Shown: positions 34,862 through 45,900 of the stretch, one piece after another
How positions within the stretch are numbered: position 1 is the first letter of the stretch
Layout of the letters: the number at the start of each line of letters is the position of its first letter
DNA from: a virus
Taxonomy: Duplodnaviria; Caudoviricetes
Reading direction: 5' to 3' (one strand)
Virus record (IMG/VR): IMGVR_UViG_3300049740_002155
Length of the DNA stretch: 64,000 bases
Translations under genes and position numbers: made by a program
The notes under the pieces: model-generated
The model's database searches: none
Seen by the model: the letters and a program-made list of their open reading frames with translations, nothing else
What the model was told of the DNA's origin: nothing

Positions 34862-37800
34862 ATGGCATATAGCAAGTATAAGAAAAAGTCTGTAACGAAG
34901 GAGTTGAATACCAATCACCTGGCAACTCATAGATATCTACACAGTACAACACCAGACAATGTTCAGTTTTATGAATTAGAATCGGCTGTGGTACTGGATG
35001 TTATACGGAACGAAGATCATCCGATATTTTCTGATTCTGAATTAAAACCAGTAATTTCTCAAGATGAGTGGCCAGAAGGTTGGAACACTCAAGATCAAAT
35101 TGATTATTCGTGGATTGGTCGCATTAAAGTTAGAATGATTCATAGCCAGAATAAAGCACCCATTAACGAATTATCTTGGGTTCTGCCTATGGATGGAACT
35201 ATTAAAGAATATCCACTTGTAAACGAAATAGTAATAGTAGCAAAGTATGTAAACAATTTATATTATACAAGAAGATTAAATTCACGAAACTTTTTAAATA
35301 ATTCCGCAGACTTTAGAACAGAACCAAGGTTTGGTGCAAATAACCGACTAACTGCACAGAATTGCCCAAATCTAAAAGGGGCATTAAATTCATCAAATAT
35401 TAGCAAGGCATCAAATAAATATGGACAATTTCTCGGAAAGTATTTTAAAGCAAATAATATAGTTCGTCCGTTAAAAAACTACGAAGGTGACACTATAATT
35501 GAAAGTAGATTTGGTTCAAGCATAAGATTTGGTTGTTATGAAGATAATCCTGAAATAGATGCAGGAACCTCCGAGGGGAATGGAGACGCATATAACAATA
35601 ATCTTGGCAATCCAATGATATTAATAAGGAATCGTCAAAAACCCAGAGCAGGTGAAGAGGATACATATTCGCATACAATATTAGAGGATATAAATCACGA
35701 TGGTTCTTCCATACACATTACTAGTGGAAAAACAAAAAGCAAATTTGCACCAACACTTGTTGGACCCGAGGGAGACAGTGGGGGTGGAGAAGAAGAAACA
35801 CCTGAAAAGTTTGGTGGGTTATCTAATTTGGCAAATTCATCAGTAGGTACTGGAATTGATCCGTCAAATTCACTTGCACAGGCCGCATCTACTGCCGGGG
35901 CAGTTGGTCAGGCGGGTTTAAATATGGCAGAGACAGCTGGTAAAGCATATGTTGACCAACAATTAGCAGGTCCTATGATGGCTGCACAACTAGGTGGTGC
36001 GGCTATGGACGCAGCGGGTGGAATCTCAGGTGGTGGGGGTGTAGGAGGAGGTTCTGGTGTAACAAGTGGCAACACCGGAGCAACCGGACCAGGAGCAGCC
36101 GCACAGAAAGCATCACAGGGAGATTGGTCGGGTTCTATTGGAGCAAGTATGGGGACTGCAATTGGAACAGAGGACGGACAAAAAGTAGGAAACCGACTCG
36201 GTAACATGGGAATTGAAGATGCATCAAAGTTGGTAAATGTAAAAGGTGTTTCGTCTGGAACCGGATCATCTGCACTGGTTGGTGGAAGTGTTGGTGCTTC
36301 CGGTGCTATCGGGTCTGGTGGTGTTTCACACCCAATTGGCACGAATAAAGGAAAAAGTAATTTCATAAAAGGTGTTGGTCTTGGTAACTTTTCACTCAAT
36401 TCAACATATGAACAAGGAATAATTGGAGCAGTGAAAACTGCAAATAAAGTCGGAAAGTCAACATTACTTAAAAAAACGAAAGCAGGAAGGGCATTGTCAG
36501 CTGCTTCGTCTCTTGGGATTGGAATACCGGGTGCCAATGATCTTGGAATTAACTCGGGTGATAGTGCAATGTTTAAAATATTTAAACTTGCTTCGTTTGG
36601 TGTTAAGTCAATATGTGCTGGTTTAAAAAATAAAAAAGGATATGGTTCTGATACCGAAGAGTCTTTGGGGTGGTTGTTATCGTTTGGAATAAATCTAGAA
36701 CTACTTGCAATTTTAATGGCAATATTTGATCGTCTTAGAAATCTTAAATTTAATTTTGGTGCAATGTTTTCATTTGATCTTAATAGTCTTAAATTCGATT
36801 TGTGTGATTGGGTAAATCAAGTTGAGTTTGGAAATTCACTGACAGATACACTTAAAGGTGAGACGGGTAAATTTCTTGGTGGGGCAACCTCGGGTGCAGG
36901 TTTAATGGGTGGGGTTGGTGGTGGACTTTTAGGTGGTCTAACCGGAGATGCTTCCAATAAAGATAAGACGGCTGCACTTGGAATGGATTTGCAATCAAAA
37001 GGAACACTTGGTGCTTTTACCAAAAGAGATCCCGACTTTGCTCAACAATTTCAACTTATTACTGACGAAGAAAAGGCACAACTCAAAGCAGCCGGGTCTA
37101 GTTTTGGTTCAATGGGGTTGTCGTTAAAAAAAGGAAACAACCAAGTTGCCACTATGGGATTTGATCCGATTACTGGTCTTTTTAGAAATAAACAAGCAGG
37201 ACCTGGAAGCATACTGAGTGCAAGTGTAGACCCAGGTGCAGCCAGTTCGTCAAAAATAGCAAGCAATCTTGGTGCAATAAGTTATATGTCCGGAACCGGT
37301 GGAATTCAATATGGAGCATCTGTTGATGAGATTAACACAGGAAATGCTACAAAAGAAATTAAAGACCCACTCGGTGAGAAAAACCAGCAAACTTCACAAC
37401 CTCAACAACAAACTCCACAACCTACTTCTCAGACAACAACACCAAATAACCAAACAACACAACCAGCATCAACGGATCAGAGTTCGCAACCATCTGCTCC
37501 CCAAAGCAATCAACAAGCAGGTGGTGGTGGCCAAAGTCCACAATCGTCTAGTGGAACATCTTCGACACCTAATACACAACTTGCATCCGATCCAAACACC
37601 CAATCATCACCCAACGCATCGACCACCACATCACCATCTGCGAGTAATGGAGTGACGGCTGCTCCACAAAATCCAAGTTCTGTAACATCATTTCACACGG
37701 GTGATGAAATAACAAAAGCAGATTTAGCAGGAACTCCTTTGCAGAATGCAGATTTAAATGCCGTATCTTTATTGCATCCCAATGACCTTGCGGTATTAAA

Positions 37801-38335
37801 AGACTCAAAAGCAGTTAATGACTCACTAAAACAAGCACAGGAAGCAAAAGATCAGACATTTAACTCAGAAATGGAAAAATCTGAAAAGCAAGCAAAAGAA
37901 GAGGGTGGTGGGAATTTAATTTTCGGTCAACCTATCGGTGAACTTACTGGTAATCAAATCATATTAAACTCAGAACGAATATTGTTGTCATCAAAAAGTG
38001 CAGAAATGGTACAATATGCAAAGGGTAAGTATGCAGTTGCAACCGATGGGGAATTAACAATGAATGCAGTGCAGAGAATTGTAACAGTTACTGCTGTACA
38101 TACATCTGTTGTTTCCCCAACTATTCACTTGGGAGAATATTATACATTTAACCATCCAGTTTTAAAGGGTGATATTGCAGTCAATTGGTTGAGTTCATTG
38201 TGTGGTTGGTTAAGCTCACACACTCACCACGACCCATATATTTCAACGAGTAGTCCGGCTCAACAAGGACAATTGTCTGGATTAAGAGCAAGATTGCCAA
38301 CATTATTAAGTACACGTGTATTTATAGCTGGATAA
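34862..38335 (+). CDS. gp5-like baseplate hub/central spike protein with large low-complexity insertion
   Basis: OB-fold-like GRIKVRM...YPLVNEIV, EGDTIIESRFGSSIRFG, EDINHDGSSIHITS; C-terminal GNQIILNSERI...IHLG...HTHH; start ATG 34862. Confidence 0.7.
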   Translation: MAYSKYKKKSVTKELNTNHLATHRYLHSTTPDNVQFYELESAVVLDVIRNEDHPIFSDSELKPVISQDEWPEGWNTQDQIDYSWIGRIKVRMIHSQNKAPINELSWVLPMDGTIKEYPLVNEIVIVAKYVNNLYYTRRLNSRNFLNNSADFRTEPRFGANNRLTAQNCPNLKGALNSSNISKASNKYGQFLGKYFKANNIVRPLKNYEGDTIIESRFGSSIRFGCYEDNPEIDAGTSEGNGDAYNNNLGNPMILIRNRQKPRAGEEDTYSHTILEDINHDGSSIHITSGKTKSKFAPTLVGPEGDSGGGEEETPEKFGGLSNLANSSVGTGIDPSNSLAQAASTAGAVGQAGLNMAETAGKAYVDQQLAGPMMAAQLGGAAMDAAGGISGGGGVGGGSGVTSGNTGATGPGAAAQKASQGDWSGSIGASMGTAIGTEDGQKVGNRLGNMGIEDASKLVNVKGVSSGTGSSALVGGSVGASGAIGSGGVSHPIGTNKGKSNFIKGVGLGNFSLNSTYEQGIIGAVKTANKVGKSTLLKKTKAGRALSAASSLGIGIPGANDLGINSGDSAMFKIFKLASFGVKSICAGLKNKKGYGSDTEESLGWLLSFGINLELLAILMAIFDRLRNLKFNFGAMFSFDLNSLKFDLCDWVNQVEFGNSLTDTLKGETGKFLGGATSGAGLMGGVGGGLLGGLTGDASNKDKTAALGMDLQSKGTLGAFTKRDPDFAQQFQLITDEEKAQLKAAGSSFGSMGLSLKKGNNQVATMGFDPITGLFRNKQAGPGSILSASVDPGAASSSKIASNLGAISYMSGTGGIQYGASVDEINTGNATKEIKDPLGEKNQQTSQPQQQTPQPTSQTTTPNNQTTQPASTDQSSQPSAPQSNQQAGGGGQSPQSSSGTSSTPNTQLASDPNTQSSPNASTTTSPSASNGVTAAPQNPSSVTSFHTGDEITKADLAGTPLQNADLNAVSLLHPNDLAVLKDSKAVNDSLKQAQEAKDQTFNSEMEKSEKQAKEEGGGNLIFGQPIGELTGNQIILNSERILLSSKSAEMVQYAKGKYAVATDGELTMNAVQRIVTVTAVHTSVVSPTIHLGEYYTFNHPVLKGDIAVNWLSSLCGWLSSHTHHDPYISTSSPAQQGQLSGLRARLPTLLSTRVFIAG

Positions 38336-38367
38336 AATATATATTGATATATTTATTTATAATTATT

Positions 38368-38772
38368 ATGAAGAAGACAGAACTAAAAAACCTAATAAAA
38401 GAAGCAGTTCGTGAAGAACTAAGAAGTTACTTACCAAAACTAATCAGTGAACTGAGAACAAAACAAACGAACGAAAAACCTACGGATATTGTAGAAGAAA
38501 CAAAAAAGTCATTGTTAAAGGTAAGAAATACAGAAACTAAACCTCTAAAGAGTTTTTCTAAAAATCCTGCGATTAATCAAATACTAAATGAAACAGTCGG
38601 AGGTGTGCCACAAGAAGGTTCTATGGTTTCAGGTGGACAGACATCGTTTTCCGATACCAACGGAAATCAAGTAGATGTAAATACATTACCTGACCACTTA
38701 TCCTCCGCATTGACAAGAAATTATTCGGACATAATGAAACTTGTTGATAAAAAACGAGGAAAGATTACATGA
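38368..38772 (+). CDS. conserved hypothetical virion-module protein
   Basis: MKKTELKNLIKEAVREEL; start ATG 38368 behind ATATTTAT. Confidence 0.75.
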   Translation: MKKTELKNLIKEAVREELRSYLPKLISELRTKQTNEKPTDIVEETKKSLLKVRNTETKPLKSFSKNPAINQILNETVGGVPQEGSMVSGGQTSFSDTNGNQVDVNTLPDHLSSALTRNYSDIMKLVDKKRGKIT

Positions 38773-39161
38773 GTGGAGTTGGGCTAGGAATAAAAATTCC
38801 GTATACACGGGATAATCAGTTTGGTTACTTTGCACAGGTCGAGACCGACCTTGAAAAAGCAAGAACTAATCTAAAAATGTTATTAATGACATCAAAGGGA
38901 GAACGACCCATGATGCCCACATACGGAAGTGACTTAAAAAAGATTTTGTTTTCGCAAAATACGGAAGGTGCGGTTGATCTTGAGTTTGAAGATGCAGTCA
39001 TATCAGCAACAAGTACATGGATGCCTTCGGTTATTATATCTAATGTAAGTGTTGACCGAGACCCAATTAATAATCCATATCAAGCAACAATAATAATACA
39101 ATTTGAACTATCAAACATTCCAGACTCGGAACAAACACTTGACCTACAACTTGAGATTTAA
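38769..39161 (+). CDS. baseplate wedge subunit gp25-like (GPW/gp25)
   Basis: ARTNLKMLLMTSKGERPMMPTYGSDL...WMPSVII. Confidence 0.92.
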   Translation: MSGVGLGIKIPYTRDNQFGYFAQVETDLEKARTNLKMLLMTSKGERPMMPTYGSDLKKILFSQNTEGAVDLEFEDAVISATSTWMPSVIISNVSVDRDPINNPYQATIIIQFELSNIPDSEQTLDLQLEI

Positions 39162-39163
39162 TT

Positions 39164-41137
39164 ATGGCAACTGACATGGACATTTTTGGCAACACAAAGG
39201 GTAAAGACATAAATTACCTTAGTAGAGATTTTAATTCATTTAAGACAAATTTGGTTCAATATATAAAATCATACTATCCAGGTTCATATTCAGATTTTAG
39301 TGAAAACTCAACGGGTATGATGTTCGTAGAACTCACGGCTTATGTGGGTGATGTTCTTTCTTATTATATAGACTATCAATTTAAAGAGGGTTTTCTTCAA
39401 TTTGCATCTGAACGAAAAAATATAATGACACTTGCAAATTATTTGGGATACAGACCCAAACCGGCAGTACCTGCATCTACTAATGTAGAGATTATGCATA
39501 TCGTACCAGCAAGGTTGGATAACAAGGGAAAAAATATACCAGATATGAGGTATTCTTTGAATATTGAACCAGGAATGGAGGTACGTTCAAATGATAATGC
39601 AGATGTTGTTTTTAGAACTACACAGGCCATATCCTTTGCAGAAAATAGTCCTGATTCACCACTGACAATTAAAGTCTTTGAAAGAGATACCTCGGGACAA
39701 CCAGTTTATTATTTGCTTAAAAAAATAGCACACGTATCAAGTGGAACACTCATACGAAAGAAAATTCAAGTGGGAGAGGCATCACCTTTTTATGAGGTTG
39801 AACTTGGAGAAGAAAATGTGCTTGAAATTCTATCAGTAACGGATTCAGACGGAAACGCATATTACCAAGTTCCTTATTTAGCCCAAAGTACTGTGTTAAT
39901 TGAAGAACCTAATAATGAAAGAAATAGTCCACTTTACTCTAGGTATGCAACCAGTGTACCTTATATACTAAAATATATAAAAACATCTCGTAGATATGTG
40001 GTACATACAAATACCGACAATTCAACTACATTGGAATTCGGAAAGGGTGACGATAAAATTGATGATGAAATTATAATTCCAAGAATGAGTAATGTAGGAC
40101 GCACGATGAATGAAAACAGATCGGTAATGGATATGGGATATGATCCAAGTAATTTCTTAAAAACGGATTCTTACGGAGAAGCACCTGCAAATACAGAACT
40201 TACGATTGACTATTATATTGGTGGTGGAACTACTTCTAATGTTGCAAGTAATACATTAAACACAATAAGTCTTGTAAAATACACAGAAACAAGTGAATAC
40301 TTAAATCAAAGTGAACGTTCGGTTTTAGAGGGAATAAAGAATAGTCTTAAAGTAAACAATCCAAATCCCGCACGTGGTGGTAAGGGAAGTGAGAGTGATG
40401 AAGAAATACGACTCAAAGGGTTGTCATCATTTCCAGCACAATTACGAGCAGTAACCCGTGATGACTATGTTGTAAGGGCATATTCAATGCCATCTAAATT
40501 TGGAAGTGTGGCAAAAGCATTTGTGACAAAAGATGGAATATTGGATACAAACTCACAACTTGATGTTATAAAAAATAATGAAACAGAAAACGATGTAACT
40601 CCTGAATCAATCAATAGAGTTTATGGGGAAATCAATAATCCATTTGCAATAAATATGTATATATTAAGTTACGATGCGGATAAAAAATTAACAGAACCAA
40701 ATGACTTAGTATTTAAAAACCTAACAAGTTATATATCACAATACAGAATGTTGACAGATGGAATAAACATTACAAACGCATTTGTAATTAATATTGGTAT
40801 ATATTTTGAAATTTCTGTTTTGCATAATTTTAACCAAAAAGAAGTATTAGATACCTGTCTGATTGAATTAACCGATTACTTTGAAGTAGACAATTGGCAA
40901 ATATCACAACCAATTGAATTAAGTAGTATAGAAATAATGATTTCAAAAATCAATGGAGTGCGTACGGTTGGTAGTCTGAGGGTGGTTAACTTAACATCAA
41001 ACGAAGGAAACTATTCAGCAAATGAATACGACATTGAGGCCGCAACAATAAATAAGATTTTATACCCATCGATGGACCCATCCATATTTGAAGTCAAATT
41101 TCCAAGCAGAGATATTGTAGGGAGGGTGGTGTCGTGA
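39164..41137 (+). CDS. baseplate wedge subunit gp6-like (baseplate J)
   Basis: YLSRDFNSFK, DFSENSTGMMFVE, YVGDVLSYYID, LANYLGY, LEFGKG, YYIGGG, ARGGKGSES, RAVTRDDY. Confidence 0.92.
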   Translation: MATDMDIFGNTKGKDINYLSRDFNSFKTNLVQYIKSYYPGSYSDFSENSTGMMFVELTAYVGDVLSYYIDYQFKEGFLQFASERKNIMTLANYLGYRPKPAVPASTNVEIMHIVPARLDNKGKNIPDMRYSLNIEPGMEVRSNDNADVVFRTTQAISFAENSPDSPLTIKVFERDTSGQPVYYLLKKIAHVSSGTLIRKKIQVGEASPFYEVELGEENVLEILSVTDSDGNAYYQVPYLAQSTVLIEEPNNERNSPLYSRYATSVPYILKYIKTSRRYVVHTNTDNSTTLEFGKGDDKIDDEIIIPRMSNVGRTMNENRSVMDMGYDPSNFLKTDSYGEAPANTELTIDYYIGGGTTSNVASNTLNTISLVKYTETSEYLNQSERSVLEGIKNSLKVNNPNPARGGKGSESDEEIRLKGLSSFPAQLRAVTRDDYVVRAYSMPSKFGSVAKAFVTKDGILDTNSQLDVIKNNETENDVTPESINRVYGEINNPFAINMYILSYDADKKLTEPNDLVFKNLTSYISQYRMLTDGINITNAFVINIGIYFEISVLHNFNQKEVLDTCLIELTDYFEVDNWQISQPIELSSIEIMISKINGVRTVGSLRVVNLTSNEGNYSANEYDIEAATINKILYPSMDPSIFEVKFPSRDIVGRVVS

Positions 41138-42351
41138 ATTTATTTTATTATCCAAAAAAAGACTCAACAATTTATAGTCAAAGTTCTATACGTGAACTGA
41201 ACTTCGGAAAGTCAGAGATTTTAGAATTAAGAAATGACTGGTCAATGGGACGTGGGTCAGATATTTCACGCATTCTATTACAATTCGATATTCCATTTTC
41301 TTTGCAAAATTATACCAATTTTAAGAATTTAAGATTTTATTTAAAACTCAACATTACTCAGTCCGAAGAACTGACGGATGACACAAACATTTGTATCCAT
41401 CCTGTATCGGATGAATGGCAAAGTGGAACTGGAATAGGGTTTGACGCAGATCCAGAATATCATGCGGTAAATTGGTTGTTTAAAACCGACTCTAATCTAT
41501 GGAATACAGAAAACCAAGGTGGTGGTAGTTATTACACTCACATTAAAAGATGCGAAGCTGATAAAAGACCTTTAGTGTCAATATATAAATTTGAAAACAA
41601 AACATCCGACGTAGAGGTGGACGTAACTGACATAGTAAAATGTTGGATTCTCGGTGACATTAAAAACAATGGTTTTTTAGTCAAATTTGAAAGTGAGGGA
41701 CGAAGTGAAAGAAGTCAGTCAATAAAATTTTATTCAAGTAATACAAATACAATATACTCACCGATACTAAAGGCCTGTTATGTTGATTATGTTAGTGTTG
41801 AAACCACAGACACAGCAATCGGATCAGGAAGTTTATCCGGATCATTAAGTTCATTTGAATTTAACATTCCAACATCATCTAGTTTAGAATTATATGAAGA
41901 AGATGTAGATGAAAACGTAGTAATTGGAACGTGTGAACAATTTGTAGAAGAACCCACACTAATAAAAAAACCAGAACCATCTGTATCGGGTGATATTACG
42001 GCAAAAATAAAAACAATAAGAAAAAAATATTTTAATAATGAACAAGTTAAGTTTAATGTCTCGGTTAGAAATAAAAACCCAATTAAAACATTTTCAAACA
42101 AAGCAAGGTATGGTGGAGATAGCATAACTGATTATGATATGTTTTATAGTGTACGAGATGCAGAAACTCATGAAATAATAATTGATTATACCGACTTTTC
42201 ACGGATAAGTAACTCAACAGATGGTCATTTTTTCATATTAGATTTAAGTGGTTTGCATATAGGAAGGTACTATAAGATAATGCTTATGGTCACAGGTGAG
42301 AATGGAACTGAAGTGTTTGATGATACACGTGTATTTGAGATAGGAAGTTAA
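41134..42351 (+). CDS. baseplate-associated structural protein (DNRLRE-like beta-sandwich N-domain)
   Basis: KDSTIYS...NFGKSEILEL...SRILLQFD...VDVTDIV...NNGFLVK...KFYSS...P.L; GTG start. Confidence 0.6.
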   Translation: MNLFYYPKKDSTIYSQSSIRELNFGKSEILELRNDWSMGRGSDISRILLQFDIPFSLQNYTNFKNLRFYLKLNITQSEELTDDTNICIHPVSDEWQSGTGIGFDADPEYHAVNWLFKTDSNLWNTENQGGGSYYTHIKRCEADKRPLVSIYKFENKTSDVEVDVTDIVKCWILGDIKNNGFLVKFESEGRSERSQSIKFYSSNTNTIYSPILKACYVDYVSVETTDTAIGSGSLSGSLSSFEFNIPTSSSLELYEEDVDENVVIGTCEQFVEEPTLIKKPEPSVSGDITAKIKTIRKKYFNNEQVKFNVSVRNKNPIKTFSNKARYGGDSITDYDMFYSVRDAETHEIIIDYTDFSRISNSTDGHFFILDLSGLHIGRYYKIMLMVTGENGTEVFDDTRVFEIGS

Positions 42352-42353
42352 GC

Positions 42354-42944
42354 ATGAAAAAACTACCAGAGTATCTCAAAGAAGAAAAATTTAATCAAAG
42401 AAATCTTCAAACATTATTAACTGAAGGAAACTTGGAAAACAAGATTGACACTTTTAACACTATATCCTTTTCAACTGATGAGATAAATGAAGACTCACAA
42501 CTGGAAGATTTTCTTTTATTAATTCCAACCGAAAAAAGAAGACCAATCCCACCACAGGTTGAGACATATATACCAACACAGGTTACTGATTATGCACAGG
42601 ATGTAGCAACTAATCCGGACGAAGAGGTTAGTGTGATTGATGGTGTGGAGGATATACAACAAGAAATGGAAAATATGCTTACATCTGAACAGGCATTACA
42701 AGCACAAATAGACGAACTAAGCAACAGATTGGATGACGAGATTGGTAATTCTGTTAAATTAAAAGAAGATGCAGCCGAAACATTTACGGCCGCAAAAGAT
42801 ATAATAGTATCACAAAGAATTGCAGCCGGAGAAGGAAGTGCACCAAGTGAATTTTCGGATGTTTTTCCATTTCTACCAAAATCAGCAGAAGAAAGACAAA
42901 ACGAAGGAGTCGATCCATTTCCATTTATGGGTGGATATGAATAG
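42354..42944 (+). CDS. hypothetical acidic coiled-coil structural protein
   Basis: ORF within baseplate operon with 2-nt and 11-nt gaps. Confidence 0.75.
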   Translation: MKKLPEYLKEEKFNQRNLQTLLTEGNLENKIDTFNTISFSTDEINEDSQLEDFLLLIPTEKRRPIPPQVETYIPTQVTDYAQDVATNPDEEVSVIDGVEDIQQEMENMLTSEQALQAQIDELSNRLDDEIGNSVKLKEDAAETFTAAKDIIVSQRIAAGEGSAPSEFSDVFPFLPKSAEERQNEGVDPFPFMGGYE

Positions 42945-42955
42945 GAGTAAATACA

Positions 42956-45900
42956 ATGGTGGATTTTATGAAATATATCCAACAGACTCCGTCTGATAAT
43001 AAAAAACTCACACGTGGTTTTAGTGTTAATGAGTCAACCTTATCCATTGGGTTTGAGAATGAACCAACACAATATAACTTTGGTTTGTCTCCAAAAGATT
43101 CAATTGAATTCAGTGTATTTTCATCGGAGGGTATACGTTTGGCTTGGAAAGTTGTTGATGATGAACCAAACTTTGAAGTATTAAACCTTGATTATACAAA
43201 CTTAGATGGAGATAGAATAAGTGGTCAAGCAAGACTATTTACAAGCAACTATCCATCTATTGATGGAAGTGTAGTAGTATCGCCGAGCATTGACGCCAGG
43301 TCGGTTGGAATTGACTCTGGTTACTACTATATGCGTTATTCTTTTTTAAATGATATAGTTGGTTCAAGTGCCAATAAAAGTAAATTGTTAATAAAGGAAA
43401 TATCAAATTCACGAACAGAAATAAAAGTAATTCCAGAGTGCCTAAAAACATCTCTTCGTGCAGAGGATATATCGTTATCTTTTGATTATATAAATTTCAC
43501 CACAAAAAAACTACCGGTTTCTCATTTATATAACTTCACGGATAAACTTCTCAGAGAAGATAAAAATCTATTATCTCAGGAATTTGATACGGAAATGTCA
43601 GAAATTATATCTGATTACGAAGACTCCATTGAGTTAACTCTTGAAATGCTTGGTACAACTACACGAAAGCAAGTCTTCATAGAAATAGACTCTGTCAGAA
43701 AAAGAGTTTTTGAGTTGTATAAGAATACATTAATTTCAGAATATAATGAGGTATACACACGAACAGATTTTTATGTTCAGTATATAAATTGCATTAACTA
43801 TGAAATATCCAAACAAAAACGATTAGCAGATTCAAGTGTTGATCCACGTATAATTGATTTATATAAGTCTGTGTTAGTCACACTATATGATTCAGATTAT
43901 TTAAATAGATTGTTCGTAGATAGATTTGAACTTTACTTCAACAATTATGCTAATTTTGGCCAAGGTGAGTTATTCCCAATACTTGGAACACAACTTGCAA
44001 ATGAAAATATAGGTGATGAAGACAAACACACACCACTCATTATAAAACTATCAGATGCACTTCCTGCGAATATAACGGTTGGGTCTCGATTGTATATTTC
44101 AAACAAACTATATTCAGACGATGTAGTACAGAAAGTAACTTACTTTAAAGAAATTAAGTCAAGTCTTACAAAGTTAAGAGGACCAAATAGAAGTCAGATT
44201 ATCAAGAATAACGGTACTAAAGAATATACAAAGGAAGAACTTGATACCGAGTCGGGGGTAGATGAAATAGATGAATCAACGACAAAGATTTCTACATATT
44301 TCAACAAAAATATAAATACAGGAATTACAAGTTTTGAAGAATTTTCGGACTTTGTAAAGTTCTCTTCGGCAAAAAGACAACTTGATTTGTTTATACAAAG
44401 ATTTTCTAAGATTTCAAAATTAATAAATGTTATATCTTCATATGAATATTCAATCGAGACACTTGCTAAGAAAGTAGAAGATAACTTATTACCAGAAAAA
44501 GAAGCAAGCAGTTCTATTTCAATATTACAAAAACTAGAACTTAAAGAAAAACTAAAAGAACTTGACACAGAATTGTTGTCTCTGTCTGAGTATGAGAGAT
44601 ATTTACTTTATACAGATTCACCAAGAGCATATCCACGAACCGATAATGTCTATGTTAGTGGCATAACTGGAAAAAACCGACTTGCAAATGGTCGGTATGA
44701 AAAATATTCATTTTTTAATGATAAGAACTCTTTTAAGCATTGGTTAGGTGACTGGTATCTTTGGTGGGACGCAACTTCGTTTGAGTGGGTATTATCGGTT
44801 GATCCTTATTCACGAAAAGAAACTTTCTTTTCTTTTAAAAGTGAGTCATACTTTTTTGAAACAGATGTAAGGTGGGGAAATCATCTAGGTTTTGGTGGAG
44901 ACGAATATGTAAAAATATCCAAAGAAACATTAGAATACGGACCCGAAAAGGGAAAACTCGCACCTGAGTATATCCCAGATGACATATCAAAATGGTCAAC
45001 TGCAAGTAGAGGATATGCTTGGTATATAGACATGGCAACTGAGGCTGCTTACTACGACAAAAGCAATGACGATTTCTTGGGTTTAAATATACCTGAATTT
45101 TTAATAAGAGATGACCAAAACGAAGATTTCCTAAAATTATTAAGTGCAGTTGGTACGATTTTTGATGTAATTGACAACTACATCAAGAACATGGGAAATT
45201 CAAGAGAAATACGGAACAATCCTGAAAAAGGAATACCAGATGAACTTGTTTATTATTTTTTAAATTCCTTCGGAATAAATTTCACAGGAAAAAATACAAG
45301 AGGTGATGTAGTATCAAAACTTAAAATAAAAGACAAAGAAAGCACAGAGTATAAACGTAATCAGATATGGAGACGTATTTTAAATAATTTACCTTTAATA
45401 TTAAAAACAAAAGGAACCCGTGAGTCGATTGAGGCACTTATGCGTTGCTATGATATACCAGAGCAATTATTTGTAACACGTGAATACGGTGGTGCGTCAC
45501 TAGAAGACTCTTCATCAAATTTTTCCGAGTTTTCTTTTGACACATACGATTATAGTTTATCTATTGAAAATGAAGATGAATATCTTGAAGTGCCTTGGAA
45601 TCACAATGATTTAAAACCAAAATCAATTGAGTTTAAATTATTTATAAGTTCGGAGTCGCAGATCAACAAAACATCAGCCGATGACGAGACAACAGAAACC
45701 TACGCACGTGAATTTCAAACTATAATTTCAAACGAAAATTGGAAGTTTGGAATTATGAGATTTTCTGACTACGATGAAGGTTGGTGGAGATTTTATATAT
45801 CGTATCAAGTAGACGGTGAGTCGCAGGAAACACATAAACTAATACCAGATTTAGATAAAAATCCACTTGATATAAAACACTCGGATGGATACGATGTACT

